Source: Candidatus Cybelea sp.
GTDB taxonomy: Bacteria; Vulcanimicrobiota; Vulcanimicrobiia; Vulcanimicrobiales; Vulcanimicrobiaceae
DNA length: 64,000 bases
Assembly: GCA_049578945.1 (NCBI GenBank)
Contig: JBAUMX010000101.1
Span: 8,864-72,863 of the forward strand
Reading direction: 5' to 3'
Shown: one piece after another, positions 26,104-36,833 of the stretch
How the letters are laid out: every line of letters begins with the position of its first letter
Numbering within the stretch: the first letter of the stretch is position 1
The notes under the pieces: generated by a model
Database searches by the model: none
Seen by the model: the letters and a program-made list of their open reading frames with translations, nothing else
What the model was told of the DNA's origin: nothing
Program-made: the position numbers and the translations under genes

Positions 26104-27459
26104 TCAGGGCGCCTGGGATTTTTTCGGCAGTGGGCGGGCCGGGTTGCCGGCGACGCGTTCGCCGGGGGGAACGTCTTTAGTGACGACTGAGCCCGCGCCG
26201 GTGAGCGCACCGTCGCCAACCGTGAGCGGCGCGACGAGCGAGGTGTTCGAGCCGATCGAAACGTTACGTCCGATGGTGGTCTCGTTCTTCTTCGCTCCGT
26301 CGTAGTTGCAAGTGATCGTGCCGGCGCCGACGTTGGTCCCTTCGCCGACCGTCGAGTCGCCGAGGTACGAGAGATGGCTCACCTTGACGCCGCGCGAGAG
26401 TTTCGATTTCTTGACTTCGACAAAGTTTCCGACGTGGACTCGCTCGGCGACGACCGTCTCGTCGCGCAGATGTGCGAACGGACCGATCGAGACTTCGGTG
26501 CCGACCTGTGAGTTCACGACGACGCTCTCGCGAACCGTGACCCGCTCGCCGAGGATCGCGTGCGATAGCCGGCTATTGGGGCCGATCACGCAGTGACCCC
26601 CTAGCTTCGAAAGGCGCGCAATCGTCGTATTTTGATAGATCACCGTGTCGCTGCCGATCTCGAGCTCGGGTTCGAGGTAGGTCGTATCCGGGTCGACGAT
26701 CGTGACGCCGGCGCGCATATGTTGCGCGCAGAGTCGCGCGTTCATTTCCTTACGGGCCTGCGCCAGCTCGACCCGATCGTTGATGCCGAGCACGTGAAGA
26801 TGGTCGGTCGCGACCACTGGACGAACGCGTTGTCCGGACTTCGCGAAGTACTCCACCGTGTCGGTGAGATAGTACTCGGACTGTGCGTTGTCGTCGCGCA
26901 AATGCCTGACCGCCTCGCGTAGTGCGGCTTCATCGAATGCGTAGATGCCGGCGTTCATCTCGTCGATCGCGAGTTCGTCGGGCGTGGCGTCGCGAACTTC
27001 GACGATGCGTTCGACGACCGGTCCGCGCCGAACGATCCGGCCGAAGCTCGAGGGCAGCGGCATCTTCACGGTGACGAGCGACATTACCGCATCGTCCTGT
27101 CCGCTCGCGTCGAGCGAACCGATCATCCCGCGGAATATCTCCTCCGTAACCAGCGGCATGTCGCCACAGGCGACGACGATTCGGCCCGCGGGCCGCGACT
27201 CGAGCCGATCGAGCGCGACCTGGACGGCGTGACCGGTCCCGAGCTGCTCGGCTTGCAGCACGCTGGCGACGTCGAAGCGATCGATCTGCCCTTCGAGCTC
27301 TTCGTTGACCACCACGACGATTTCGTCGATGCCGGCGCCGCGAAGCGCGCGAACGACGTACCAGAGCATCGGCCGCCCGCAGATCTCGTGCAGCACCTTC
27401 GAGCGCGCGCTCTTCATGCGCGTCCCCTTTCCGGCGGCCAGCACGATAGCGCGGATCAT
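26104..27459 (-). CDS. glmU: bifunctional UDP-N-acetylglucosamine pyrophosphorylase / glucosamine-1-phosphate N-acetyltransferase
   Basis: True start at ATG 27459 (MIRAIVLAAGKGTRMKS). C-terminal hexapeptide-repeat beta-helix (VGAGTITCNYDGAKKNETTIG). The 163-codon N-terminal extension in the track ORF is Arg-rich and overlaps gltX. Confidence 0.93.
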   Translation of the reverse strand: MIRAIVLAAGKGTRMKSARSKVLHEICGRPMLWYVVRALRGAGIDEIVVVVNEELEGQIDRFDVASVLQAEQLGTGHAVQVALDRLESRPAGRIVVACGDMPLVTEEIFRGMIGSLDASGQDDAVMSLVTVKMPLPSSFGRIVRRGPVVERIVEVRDATPDELAIDEMNAGIYAFDEAALREAVRHLRDDNAQSEYYLTDTVEYFAKSGQRVRPVVATDHLHVLGINDRVELAQARKEMNARLCAQHMRAGVTIVDPDTTYLEPELEIGSDTVIYQNTTIARLSKLGGHCVIGPNSRLSHAILGERVTVRESVVVNSQVGTEVSIGPFAHLRDETVVAERVHVGNFVEVKKSKLSRGVKVSHLSYLGDSTVGEGTNVGAGTITCNYDGAKKNETTIGRNVSIGSNTSLVAPLTVGDGALTGAGSVVTKDVPPGERVAGNPARPLPKKSQAP

Positions 27460-28907
27460 GCGCCGGCCATTTCGCGCGACATGAGTTCGAGCGCGTTGCG
27501 CAAGCGTTCGCGGACGACGTCCCGGCCGAGCAGTTCCATCGAATCGTAGAGCGGAATCGAGGTCGGGCTTCCGGTGATCGCGACGTAGAATGGGCGCGCG
27601 ACGTCGCGCATTTTCTTGCCAAGCGATTCGGCGATCCGCTCGAAGGCCGCCCCAATCGCGAACGCATTCCACGCGGGCAGTGCGTCGAGCTCCGCGAGCG
27701 CCGAGGAAAATGCTTGGCGCGTCTGATCGTCGTCGAGCTTTTTGCTTTGCAAACTCTCGGCGCGCAGCGCGATGCGCCCGGAGAACAAAAAGGCCAAAAG
27801 CGGACCCAGGTCGCTCAGGCGCTCGATGCGCGGCGCCGCCAGCTGCGCGATGCGGGTCAAGCGCTGCTGCGAGGCCCCCCACTCGCGCACCCGTTCGAGC
27901 AGCGATTCGGCGTCGTGACGTTCGCGGATGTAGCGCGCGTTGAGCCAATCCAGCTTTGCGACGTCGAAGACGGGGCCGCCGACCGGAACGTGCTCCAGCT
28001 CGAACCGTTTGACGATCGCCGCCAGATCCATCAGCTCGTCCTCGCCCTCGCGCGTCGCATTTGCCAGCAGAGCCAAAAAATTGATCAGGGCTTCGGGCAG
28101 GTAGCCCAGCGCGCGGTAGAAGAGGATTCCGGTCGGATTCTTTCGTTTGCTGAGCTTACTCTTGTCGGGGTTGCGCAGCAGCGGGAGATGCATCAACTTG
28201 GGCGGTTCCCAACCGAAATACGAGTAGAGGAGGAGGTGCTTGGGCGCGCTCGAGACCCACTCCTCGCCGCGAAAAACGTGGGTGATCCGCATCAAATGAT
28301 CGTCGACGACGTTGGCCAGATGATAGGTCGGCAGACCGTCTGATTTCACAAGCACTTGCATGTCGACGCTGCGGTAGTCGAACTCGATCGGCCCGCGGCG
28401 CAGGTCTTCGACGACGCACGTTCCTTCATCGGGCACCACCATCCGAATGACGTACGGTTCGCCGGCCGCCTCGCGCCGAGTGACTTCATCGGTCGAGTAG
28501 CTGCGACAGAGACCGTCGTAACGCGATGGTTGTGCGGCGGCGCGCTGTGCGACGCGCATCTCTTCCAGCCGTTGCGGCGTGCAGAAGCATTTGAAGGCGT
28601 GGCCGCTCGCGAGCAGTTTATCGGCGTATTCGCGATAAATTGCGAAGCGCTCGCTCTGGCGATACGGTCCGTGCGGACCTCCGACGTCGGGCCCTTCGTC
28701 CCAATCAAGGCCGCACCAGCGCAGCGTTTCGAGAATCGCGCGCTCGCTCTCGGCCGTGCTGCGGGCTTGATCGGTGTCCTCGATGCGCAGAATAAATTCG
28801 CCGCCATGCTTGCGCGTGAAGCAATAGTTGATCAGCGCGACATACGCGGTTCCCACGTGCGGGTCACCGGTCGGCGACGGCGCGACGCGCGTTCTGACGT
28901 TGGGCAT
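27456..28907 (-). CDS. gltX: glutamate--tRNA ligase
   Basis: 483 aa. Reads RVAPSPTGDPHVGTAY (HIGH-type motif) and KLSKRK (KMSKS-type). Its stop overlaps the glmU start (ATGA). Confidence 0.95.
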   Translation of the reverse strand: MPNVRTRVAPSPTGDPHVGTAYVALINYCFTRKHGGEFILRIEDTDQARSTAESERAILETLRWCGLDWDEGPDVGGPHGPYRQSERFAIYREYADKLLASGHAFKCFCTPQRLEEMRVAQRAAAQPSRYDGLCRSYSTDEVTRREAAGEPYVIRMVVPDEGTCVVEDLRRGPIEFDYRSVDMQVLVKSDGLPTYHLANVVDDHLMRITHVFRGEEWVSSAPKHLLLYSYFGWEPPKLMHLPLLRNPDKSKLSKRKNPTGILFYRALGYLPEALINFLALLANATREGEDELMDLAAIVKRFELEHVPVGGPVFDVAKLDWLNARYIRERHDAESLLERVREWGASQQRLTRIAQLAAPRIERLSDLGPLLAFLFSGRIALRAESLQSKKLDDDQTRQAFSSALAELDALPAWNAFAIGAAFERIAESLGKKMRDVARPFYVAITGSPTSIPLYDSMELLGRDVVRERLRNALELMSREMAGA

Positions 28908-28916
28908 GCTAGTGCC

Positions 28917-29333
28917 TTACCCGACCAGCGCTCGTCGCTTACCGCATTCGCGCTCGACGAAGTCGATGATCTCCTGCAGCGGCGCTCCCGGCGTAAAGAT
29001 CTCACGCACGCCGAGCTCTTTGAGACGCTTCGCATCCTCGGCGGGAATGGTACCGCCGCCGAAAAAGACGATATCGGCGGCGTCTTGGCGCGCCAGCTGC
29101 TCGACGACGAGCGGAAAGAGCGTCATGTGTGCGCCGGAGAGAATCGAAAGCCCGATGCCGTCGGCGTCCTCTTGAATCGCCGTCTGGACGATCTGCTCGG
29201 GCGTTTGGAAGAGCCCGGTATAGATGACCTCCATGCCGGCATCGCGCAAAGCCCTCGCGATGACCTTCGCCCCACGGTCGTGACCGTCGAGGCCGGCCTT
29301 AGCGATGACGATGCGCAGCGGTCGGTCGGTCAT
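28917..29333 (-). CDS. methylmalonyl-CoA mutase small subunit (cobalamin-binding domain protein)
   Basis: 138 aa. Has GLDGHDRGAKV (the DxHxxG B12-binding motif) and ...GLSILSGAH.... Confidence 0.9.
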   Translation of the reverse strand: MTDRPLRIVIAKAGLDGHDRGAKVIARALRDAGMEVIYTGLFQTPEQIVQTAIQEDADGIGLSILSGAHMTLFPLVVEQLARQDAADIVFFGGGTIPAEDAKRLKELGVREIFTPGAPLQEIIDFVERECGKRRALVG

Positions 29334-29481
29334 GTTCCACCATTCCGGCGCGACGCCGGCTCAGATGCAGCGCTTCCTCGAGCTTGCGCACCACCTGCTT
29401 GAGGGTCCGTCGCATCCGGTAGAGCTCGATATCGGTTCGGCAACGCATGCCGTGTCTATGACGCATGCTGGCGACCGGCCA

Positions 29482-31116
29482 TTACAGCACCGCTCGTTCG
29501 ACATAACGGCCATAAACTGCCGCCATCGCTTCGACGATTTCGCCTTCGGTGCAGTAGGCGTTGACGCACTCGACGAGATGCGGCATCAGATTGTCTTTCG
29601 CATCGCGGCAGGCACCTTGTAGGCGCTCGAGCGTGCGCGCGACCGCGCGCTCGTCGCGATTCTCGCGCACTCTTTGAACCGCGCGCGCCTGCGCGCGCTC
29701 CATCTCCTCGGTGACCTTCAGAAGGTCGATGTTCTCGGTCTCGTCATCGTGAACGAACGCGTTGACCCCGACGATGACGCGATCGCGAGTCTCGATCGAG
29801 CGCTGATAGCGATAGCTCGCCTCGGCGATCTCACGCTGGAAGAAGCCGGCTTCGATTGCCTCGATCACCCCGCCGTATTCGGCGATCTGCTCGAAGTACG
29901 ATTCGGCCTGGCGTTCCATCTCGTCGGTGAGCGCTTCGACGAAGTACGAGCCCCCGAGCGGGTCGACGACGTTGGTCACGTTCGTTTCGTAGGCAAGGAC
30001 CTGTTGCGTGCGCAACGCGATCTCTACGGATTTTTCGGTCGGGAGCGCCAGGACTTCGTCCATCGAGTTAGTGTGCAGCGACTGCGTGCCGCCGAGCACC
30101 GCAGCCATGGCCTCGTAGGCGACCCGCACGATGTTGTTCTCGGGCTGTTGCGCCGTCGCGCTGCAGCCGGCCGTCTGCGTGTGGAAGCGAAGCTGCCAAG
30201 AGCGCGGGTTGCGCGCGCCGTACTTCTCGCGCATGCGGCGCGCGTAGATTCGCCGGGCCGCGCGAAACTTCGCGATCTCTTCAAAGAAGTCAACGTGCGA
30301 GTTGAAGAAAAATGAAAGGCGTGGCGCGAATTCGTCGACATCCATCCCGGCGGCCATGCAAGCCTCGACGTACGCAAAGCCGTCCGCGAGCGTGAAGGCG
30401 AGTTCTTGTGCGGCCGTCGAACCGGCTTCGCGGATGTGATATCCCGAAATGGAGATCGTGTTCCACTTCGGCATCTCGCGCGTGCAGAACTCGATCATGT
30501 CGACGATGATGCGCATGTGAGGACGGGGTGGAAAGATCCACTCCTTCTGCGCGATGTACTCCTTGAGAATATCGGCCTGAATCGTTCCGCCGAGCTTCGC
30601 GCGGGCAATCCCCTTCTTCTCGGCGGCCGCGATGTACTGAGCGAGCGCGATGCAGGCCGGACCGTTGATCGTCATCGAGGTCGTTATGTCGGCCATGTCG
30701 ATGCCGTCGAAGAGAACCTCCATGTCCGCAAGCGAGTCGATCGCGACGCCGCACTTTCCGACCTCGCCGCGCGCCTGCGGCGCGTCGGAGTCGTATCCCA
30801 TCAGCGTCGGCATATCGAAGGCGACCGAGAGCCCGTGCTGTCCGTGCTCGAGCAGAAAATGGTAGCGTTCGTTGGTCTGCGCGGCGGTGCCGAAACCGGC
30901 AAACTGACGCATCGTCCAGAGCCGGTCCCGATAGCCGTTGGGGTGAATGCCACGCGTATACGGATACTCGCCGGGCGACGGAAGGTCGAGCCCGGCAACG
31001 TCTTGCGGCTCGTAAACGGCCTTGACGGGAACGTCGGAGATCGTCCGGTCGAGCGCCCCGGAGCCCGGCCCTTTACGAGCCCAACGCCCAGCCGGACGCT
31101 CGATCATCTTAGCCAT
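29482..31116 (-). CDS. methylmalonyl-CoA mutase large (catalytic, N-terminal domain) subunit
   Basis: 544 aa. [54 protein letters not shown] is typical of acyl-CoA mutase catalytic domains. Confidence 0.93.
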   Translation of the reverse strand: MAKMIERPAGRWARKGPGSGALDRTISDVPVKAVYEPQDVAGLDLPSPGEYPYTRGIHPNGYRDRLWTMRQFAGFGTAAQTNERYHFLLEHGQHGLSVAFDMPTLMGYDSDAPQARGEVGKCGVAIDSLADMEVLFDGIDMADITTSMTINGPACIALAQYIAAAEKKGIARAKLGGTIQADILKEYIAQKEWIFPPRPHMRIIVDMIEFCTREMPKWNTISISGYHIREAGSTAAQELAFTLADGFAYVEACMAAGMDVDEFAPRLSFFFNSHVDFFEEIAKFRAARRIYARRMREKYGARNPRSWQLRFHTQTAGCSATAQQPENNIVRVAYEAMAAVLGGTQSLHTNSMDEVLALPTEKSVEIALRTQQVLAYETNVTNVVDPLGGSYFVEALTDEMERQAESYFEQIAEYGGVIEAIEAGFFQREIAEASYRYQRSIETRDRVIVGVNAFVHDDETENIDLLKVTEEMERAQARAVQRVRENRDERAVARTLERLQGACRDAKDNLMPHLVECVNAYCTEGEIVEAMAAVYGRYVERAVL

Positions 31117-31175
31117 AGGGGCCGAGCTTTTCGACGCGCCGGCGGGAAACTCCCCAAAGGCGGCGTCTCGTAAGC

Positions 31176-32084
31176 CTACGGGCTCCTCAGTCCGAGCGTC
31201 GAGAGAATCCGTTCGGCCGCATCGTATGGATCGAGATCGTCGCGCGGTTGCGCTTTGAGCGCGTCGTTGAGACGCTGCTCTAAGCGGCCCAGCGCGAGCT
31301 GCCGCACTTGGTGGGTGAACGCGTCGCGACGCCGCCGTTCGATCTCGCCGGTTTCATTGAGGTAGGCGGCGTGGCGTTCGATCGCGCTTACCAACTCGTC
31401 GATCCCCTTTCCCTCTAGTGCTTGTGTCGTCACAAGCTCCGGGACCCAACCCGGCCAGTGCTGCATTTCCATCATCGAACGAATCTCGCGGCGAAGTAGG
31501 TCGGCCATCGGGTGGTCGGCCTTATTGACCACGAAGATATCGGCGATCTCCATGATGCCGGCCTTGAGGACTTGAATCGAATCGCCGCTCCCCGGCTGCA
31601 ACGCGACGACCGTCGTGTGCGCGAGCTCCGCAATCGCAACCTCGCTCTGGCCGACGCCGACCGTTTCGATCAACACCAGGTCGAAACCGAAGGCATCCAT
31701 CAGCAGCACCGCGTCGGCGGTAGCACCGGCGAGGCCGCCGAGATGCCCGCGGCTCGCCATCGACCGAATGAAGACGGCTTCGTCGGTGAAGTGTTCGGCG
31801 AGACGGATCCGATCGCCGAGCAGCGCGCCGTGCGAGAACGGCGAGCTGGGATCGACCGAAACGACGCCGACGCTTTTGCCGCGCGCGCGAGCGCTGCGAA
31901 CGAGTCCGGAGGCGAGGGTCGACTTGCCGACGCCGGGCGGCCCGGTGAGTCCGACCGTCATCGCGCGTCCGACCTTCGGATAAAGCGCGCGAATAAGCTC
32001 GCCGCCGCGTCCCGACTCTGCACGTGAGATCGCCCGCGCGAGCGCACGGGGATTGTGCGCCTCGAACTCGCGCAGCATATCCAT
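31176..32084 (-). CDS. meaB: methylmalonyl-CoA mutase-associated GTPase MeaB (ArgK)
   Basis: Start moved to ATG 32084 ([21 protein letters not shown] upstream). P-loop GPPGVGKST, then [10 protein letters not shown] and VVNKADH. Confidence 0.9.
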   Translation of the reverse strand: MDMLREFEAHNPRALARAISRAESGRGGELIRALYPKVGRAMTVGLTGPPGVGKSTLASGLVRSARARGKSVGVVSVDPSSPFSHGALLGDRIRLAEHFTDEAVFIRSMASRGHLGGLAGATADAVLLMDAFGFDLVLIETVGVGQSEVAIAELAHTTVVALQPGSGDSIQVLKAGIMEIADIFVVNKADHPMADLLRREIRSMMEMQHWPGWVPELVTTQALEGKGIDELVSAIERHAAYLNETGEIERRRRDAFTHQVRQLALGRLEQRLNDALKAQPRDDLDPYDAAERILSTLGLRSP

Positions 32085-32151
32085 TAGGAGTTCCCTCTTG
32101 CGGCTTGCGGCAAGAGCTGACCTCCCTTGCGTCCAAGGGCAAATTCTCATC

Positions 32152-33555
32152 GTGCTTTTGCGCTGCGCGGGCGTCGTGCTCGCCTCCATCCTGGCGTATT
32201 GTTGCGTGGCGCCCGCTGCAGGCGAAACGCTGGTCGTTCCGCTTACCGGCAAACGAGTACGCGACATTCAGACCGCGCAGCTCTTTCACACGCTCTTCCA
32301 CGACTTTTTTTACAAGGCAGATGGAACGACGTACGTGCAGTCCGGCGACATTCCGGCCATGTGGCTGCGTGATTCGTCGGCTCAAACGATACCGTACATC
32401 CGCTTTGAAGCTGTATACCCGATTCTTCGCGGTCGTTTCGCGGGGGTAATCGAGCGCAACGCTCGAAATATACTCACGGACCCTTACGCAAACGCGCTCA
32501 AATCCGATTACGCTATCTGGGAGCGCAAGTGGGAGGTCGATTCGCTGGCATGGCCAGTCATCCTCGCGTCGATCTACTGGCGATCGACGCAGGACGCGAC
32601 GCTCTTTACGCCCGATCTGCATCGCGCGCTTTCGAAGATCGTCGACACGTACGAATGCGAGGAACGCCATCGTACCTGTAGCCGCTATCGGTACCCGTAT
32701 CACGTCTACACCAACGACGAGTTCAACGAGTCGACGGGGATGATTTGGGGCGCCTTTCGCCCCTCGGACGATGCGGTCGAATATCGGTTCAACATTCCGC
32801 AGAACGCCATTGCCGTCGTCGCTCTGCGCAACATCGTGCAGCTCGCGGTCGACGGCTATCGCGACCGCGCGCTCGCCCACCGGGCGCAAGTGCTCGGAGC
32901 CCGCGTCCAGGACGGAATCCAACTCTACGGCCGGCTTTTCAATCGACAGCGGCGCGTCTGGATGTATGCCTACGAAACGGACGGTCTCGGCAGATACAAC
33001 CTGATGGACGATGCCAACATTCCCAACCTTACGACCCTGCCGTATATCGACTGGTGTTCGGCCTTCGATTCTACCTATCTGGCCACGCGTGCGTTTGCGC
33101 TCAGTATGGATAATCCGTTCTATTTCGCCGGGAAGTACGCGGAGGGGTTGGGAAGCCCGCACACGCCGTACGGTTACGTCTGGCCGCTCGGAATCATCGG
33201 ACGCGCGTTGACCGCCACCTCGTCGCTCGAAGTTGCCACGGCGATCACGACCCTTGCGGAGACCGACGGCGAGGACGGTTTGATTCACGAAAGCTTCTAT
33301 CCCGGCGGATACTGGCGCTTCACGCGGCCGGAGTTTGGATGGGCGAATGCGCTGGGGGCCGAGCTATTCTTTCGCAGCCTCGCCGGCGAGACGGCGACGC
33401 AGTTTGCGTGGAAAGGCCCGATGATGCCGTTCCAGCACCGCTCCGAAACGCCGGTCCTCGTGCCGTACTTTACTCAGATCGAGAACGCCGCTGAGATCGT
33501 TGACACGCTTGGGCGCCTTCTGCACGCGACAGGCGGGACGATGCAGCATCAATAA
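32152..33555 (+). CDS. glycoside hydrolase family 125 (DUF1237, exo-alpha-1,6-mannosidase-like)
   Basis: YVQSGDIPAMWLRDSSAQ is the GH125 signature. The start is uncertain. The track start 32053 overlaps meaB. GTG 32152 gives a signal-peptide-like LLRCAGVVLASILAYCCVAPAAG. Confidence 0.8.
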   Translation: MLLRCAGVVLASILAYCCVAPAAGETLVVPLTGKRVRDIQTAQLFHTLFHDFFYKADGTTYVQSGDIPAMWLRDSSAQTIPYIRFEAVYPILRGRFAGVIERNARNILTDPYANALKSDYAIWERKWEVDSLAWPVILASIYWRSTQDATLFTPDLHRALSKIVDTYECEERHRTCSRYRYPYHVYTNDEFNESTGMIWGAFRPSDDAVEYRFNIPQNAIAVVALRNIVQLAVDGYRDRALAHRAQVLGARVQDGIQLYGRLFNRQRRVWMYAYETDGLGRYNLMDDANIPNLTTLPYIDWCSAFDSTYLATRAFALSMDNPFYFAGKYAEGLGSPHTPYGYVWPLGIIGRALTATSSLEVATAITTLAETDGEDGLIHESFYPGGYWRFTRPEFGWANALGAELFFRSLAGETATQFAWKGPMMPFQHRSETPVLVPYFTQIENAAEIVDTLGRLLHATGGTMQHQ

Positions 33556-33608
33556 TCGCCGAAGCCGACGAGGGGACAGCGTAAACCCGGTCGCCAAGGT
33601 TTAGGATC

Positions 33609-36600
33609 GTGGACCTAGGATATTATCGCTATCCATCGATAGCAGGCGACCGCATTCTCTACGTCTGCGAAGACGATCTCTGGAGCGCGCCGGTATCGGG
33701 GGGCGCGGCGACGCGTCTTACCGTCAGTTTCGGCACCTGCTCCTTTCCGCGGCTCTCCCCCGACGGCGAGTCGGTCGCGTTTATTTCGACCGACGAGGGG
33801 AACCCCGAGCTGTACGTCATGCCGGCGCGCGGCGGTGAGCCGAAACGCCTCACCTTTCTCGGCGCGTCGATCGTGTGGACGACCTGCTGGAGTGCGGACG
33901 GACGCGAGATTTACTTCGTCGGGAATCCTGCGACTTGGTATGAGGGAGAGACTCGTCCGTTCGCCATTTTACGGGACGGCGGTACGCCGCGAGAGCTCAA
34001 CCTCGGTCACGGCCGCTCGCTCTCGTTCGGCCCGCGAGGACAGCTCGCAATCGGCCGCAACGCCGCCGATCCCGCGCGCTGGAAGCGCTACCGCGGGGGG
34101 ACCTCAGGCGAAATCTGGATCGACGCGGACTGGACGGGGACCTTCGTTCGATTGCCGCTGCCCGACGGAAACCCATGCTGGCCGATGTGGATCGGAGAGC
34201 GTATTTACTTCCTGGCCGACCACGAGGGCATCGGGAACCTGTATTCCTGCGAGCTCGACGGAAGCGCAATCCAGCGCCATACGAATGAGAGCGAATACTA
34301 CGTACGCTTCCCCTCGACGGACGGAACGCGGATCGTGTACTCCGCCGGAGCGGAAATCGGATGCTACGACATTGCGAGCGATACCGCGCGCCGGATTGCG
34401 ATTGAAACGCACTCACCGATGCCGCAAACGGTACGGCGCTTTGAGAAGGCTTCGGACTCGCTCGAGCACTTCGTTCCGAATCCCGACGGAACGCAGATTG
34501 CATTCGACTCGCGCGGACAAGAGTTTACGATGCCGTTCTTCGAGGGAGCGGCAATTCGCCATGGAACGGGCGGGCGGGCGCGCACGCGGCTGACGCAATG
34601 GCTCGCGGACGGGCGTCAGCTCGTCTCCGTTACCGACGCCAACGGATACGAGCAGATCGCCATTCGCCCCGCCGATGCCTCGAGCGAGCTGAAACTCGTT
34701 TCAAACGGCGATATCGGGCGCGTTACCGATATGATCTGCTCGCCGACCGGTAACGTCGTCGTCTTCGCAAACCATCGTCACGACCTCTGCGCGCTCGATC
34801 TCGACGACGGCAAGGTACGCGTCCTCGACACCTGCCCGTCGCATCGCATCGAGGATCTCGCGTTCTCGCCCGACGGACGTTTCGTCGCCTACGTCTGGTG
34901 GCCCGCGCACGGGACGTCGATTATTCGCGTCGTCAAAGTTCGCTCGGGTAAAGTGCACGACGTAACGTCGCCGCTGCGCATCGATAAGTCGCCTGCGTGG
35001 GACCCCGAAGGAAAATACCTCTACTTCATTTCGACCCGCGATTTCAACCCCGTCTATGACGCGCTGCAGTTCGATTTGAGTTTTCCGCAAGCGAGCCGCC
35101 CGTTCGTCGTGACGCTGCGCGACGATGTCTCTTCGCCCTTCGTGCCCAAGCCGAAGCCGATCCATAGCGACCATCACGATCGCGAACGTTTCAACGGCAA
35201 GCCGCCAAAACCGAGCGATGTCGAGATCAATTTCGAAGGGATCGAGGGCAGAGTGCTCGGCTTTCCAGTCGACGAGGGCGAGTACGAACAAATCGTCGCG
35301 GTGCGCGAACGCGTGCTCTTTACTCGCTTTCCCGTCAAAGGGATCAAACCCGCGCGCCGCGAGGACCTCGACGGCGACGAACGAGGCACGCTTTTGGCGT
35401 ACGACTTCGAACAGCAGCGGCTCGCAACGATCGCTCTCGAATGCGACGAGATCCGTCTGGGCGCCGACGGTCGTACGCTCGTCTACCGTTCACGCGACCG
35501 CCTGCGCGCGATCGACGCGCTCAACGAGCTTCCGGAGGAAGGCGACGAGCAGAAACCGTCGAGCGAACCGGGGCGTAAGAGCGGTTGGATCGACCTCGAC
35601 CGCGCCAGCGTCGAGATCGTGCCGCGCGACGAATGGGCCCAGATGTATCGCGAAGCGTGGCGCTTACAAGCCGAGGCCTTTTGGGTCGAAGACATGAGCG
35701 ATATCGATTGGAAGCGCGTCTACGATCGTTATGCGGCGATCTTGCCGCGCGTTCGCACGCGTGGAGAGCTCTCGGACCTGATCTGGGAGATGCAAGGCGA
35801 GCTCGGTACGTCACACGCGTATGAGTGGGGCGGTGACTACCGCGAGCCGCCGCAGTATCAACGCGGGTTTCTCGGCGCGGATCTTCGCTGGGACGAGGAG
35901 CGCGGCGGCTACCGCATCGAGCGAATTTATCGTGGCGATTCGTGGAATCGCGAGCACGACTCGCCGCTTGCCGAGCCGGGCTTGAACGTGCGCGAGGGAG
36001 ATTGCATCGTTGCGATTGGCGGCAAGCGCCTGTCGCGCGAAGTCACGCCGGATCAGCTGCTCGTCAACGCCTCGGGCCGTAACGTCTCGATCACGCTTCG
36101 AGAGCGGAAGGGTGAAGAGCGCACGGTTCTCGCCAAGGCGCTGGACAACGAAGCCGCGCTGCGCTACCGCGCCTGGGTCTCGGAGAACCGCCGCATCGTG
36201 CACGAGCGCACCGGCGAGCGAGTCGGATATTTGCACATTCCCGACATGGGGCCGTGGGGATTCTCGGAGTTTCACCGAGGCTATCTGAGCGAATTCGATC
36301 GCAAAGGCCTGATCGTCGACGTCCGCTACAATCGTGGAGGGCACGTTTCACCCTTGCTGCTCGAGAAACTCGCGCGCAAGCGAATCGGATACGACGCGCC
36401 GCGCTACGGAGCGCCGGTCCCGTACCCGCCTGAGTCGGTCGGCGGCCCGATCGTCGCGCTCACGAACCAGTTTGCAGGCTCCGACGGCGATATCTTCAGC
36501 CACTCCTTCAAGCTCTACAAGCTCGGTCCACTGGTCGGCAAGCGCACTTGGGGAGGCGTGATCGGGATCGAGCCATACCATCATCTCGTTGACGACACGC

Positions 36601-36833
36601 TCACGACCCAGCCCGAGTTCTCCTTTTGGTTCGTCGACGTCGGCTGGGGCGTGGAAAACCACGGCACCGATCCGGATTACGACGTCGACATCGCGCCGCA
36701 CGATTACCGCGACGGGAAGGATCCGCAGTTGGAGCTGGCACTCGCACTGATGGATCGCGCAATCGAAGGTTACGTCGAGCTGCGCCCCGATCTCGCCACA
36801 CGTCCGTCGTTACCGTTACCGACACTGGCGTGA
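33609..36833 (+). CDS. tricorn protease homolog (S41 family, beta-propeller + PDZ + peptidase)
   Basis: 1074 aa. N-terminus YYRYPSIAGDRILYVCEDDLWSAPVSGGAATRLT, with repeated TolB-like propeller segments. C-terminal S41 region LTNQFAGSDGDIFSHSFK. Confidence 0.9.
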   Translation: MDLGYYRYPSIAGDRILYVCEDDLWSAPVSGGAATRLTVSFGTCSFPRLSPDGESVAFISTDEGNPELYVMPARGGEPKRLTFLGASIVWTTCWSADGREIYFVGNPATWYEGETRPFAILRDGGTPRELNLGHGRSLSFGPRGQLAIGRNAADPARWKRYRGGTSGEIWIDADWTGTFVRLPLPDGNPCWPMWIGERIYFLADHEGIGNLYSCELDGSAIQRHTNESEYYVRFPSTDGTRIVYSAGAEIGCYDIASDTARRIAIETHSPMPQTVRRFEKASDSLEHFVPNPDGTQIAFDSRGQEFTMPFFEGAAIRHGTGGRARTRLTQWLADGRQLVSVTDANGYEQIAIRPADASSELKLVSNGDIGRVTDMICSPTGNVVVFANHRHDLCALDLDDGKVRVLDTCPSHRIEDLAFSPDGRFVAYVWWPAHGTSIIRVVKVRSGKVHDVTSPLRIDKSPAWDPEGKYLYFISTRDFNPVYDALQFDLSFPQASRPFVVTLRDDVSSPFVPKPKPIHSDHHDRERFNGKPPKPSDVEINFEGIEGRVLGFPVDEGEYEQIVAVRERVLFTRFPVKGIKPARREDLDGDERGTLLAYDFEQQRLATIALECDEIRLGADGRTLVYRSRDRLRAIDALNELPEEGDEQKPSSEPGRKSGWIDLDRASVEIVPRDEWAQMYREAWRLQAEAFWVEDMSDIDWKRVYDRYAAILPRVRTRGELSDLIWEMQGELGTSHAYEWGGDYREPPQYQRGFLGADLRWDEERGGYRIERIYRGDSWNREHDSPLAEPGLNVREGDCIVAIGGKRLSREVTPDQLLVNASGRNVSITLRERKGEERTVLAKALDNEAALRYRAWVSENRRIVHERTGERVGYLHIPDMGPWGFSEFHRGYLSEFDRKGLIVDVRYNRGGHVSPLLLEKLARKRIGYDAPRYGAPVPYPPESVGGPIVALTNQFAGSDGDIFSHSFKLYKLGPLVGKRTWGGVIGIEPYHHLVDDTLTTQPEFSFWFVDVGWGVENHGTDPDYDVDIAPHDYRDGKDPQLELALALMDRAIEGYVELRPDLATRPSLPLPTLA

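Noticed and set aside
27460-27948. 163-codon N-terminal extension of the glmU ORF (track 26104..27948)
   Set aside because: It is Arg/Ala-rich and overlaps the gltX coding sequence in another frame. Canonical GlmU starts at MIRAIVLAAGKGTRM (27459).
28356-29402. 348-aa + strand ORF
   Set aside because: It is antisense to gltX and the B12-binding subunit gene.
29300-29466. 55-codon minus-strand ORF (MRHRHGMRCRTDIELYRMRRTLKQVVRKLEEALHLSRRRAG...) in the gap between the two MCM subunit genes
   Set aside because: It is below any reasonable confidence. It is very basic, has no SD, and runs out of frame into the B12-subunit gene. It could be tested by ribosome profiling.
31522-33288. 588-aa - strand ORF, the longest unexplained ORF in the track
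   Set aside because: It is extremely Arg-rich. It is antisense to the GH125 gene, which carries the SGDIPAMWLRDS signature, and out of frame within meaB.
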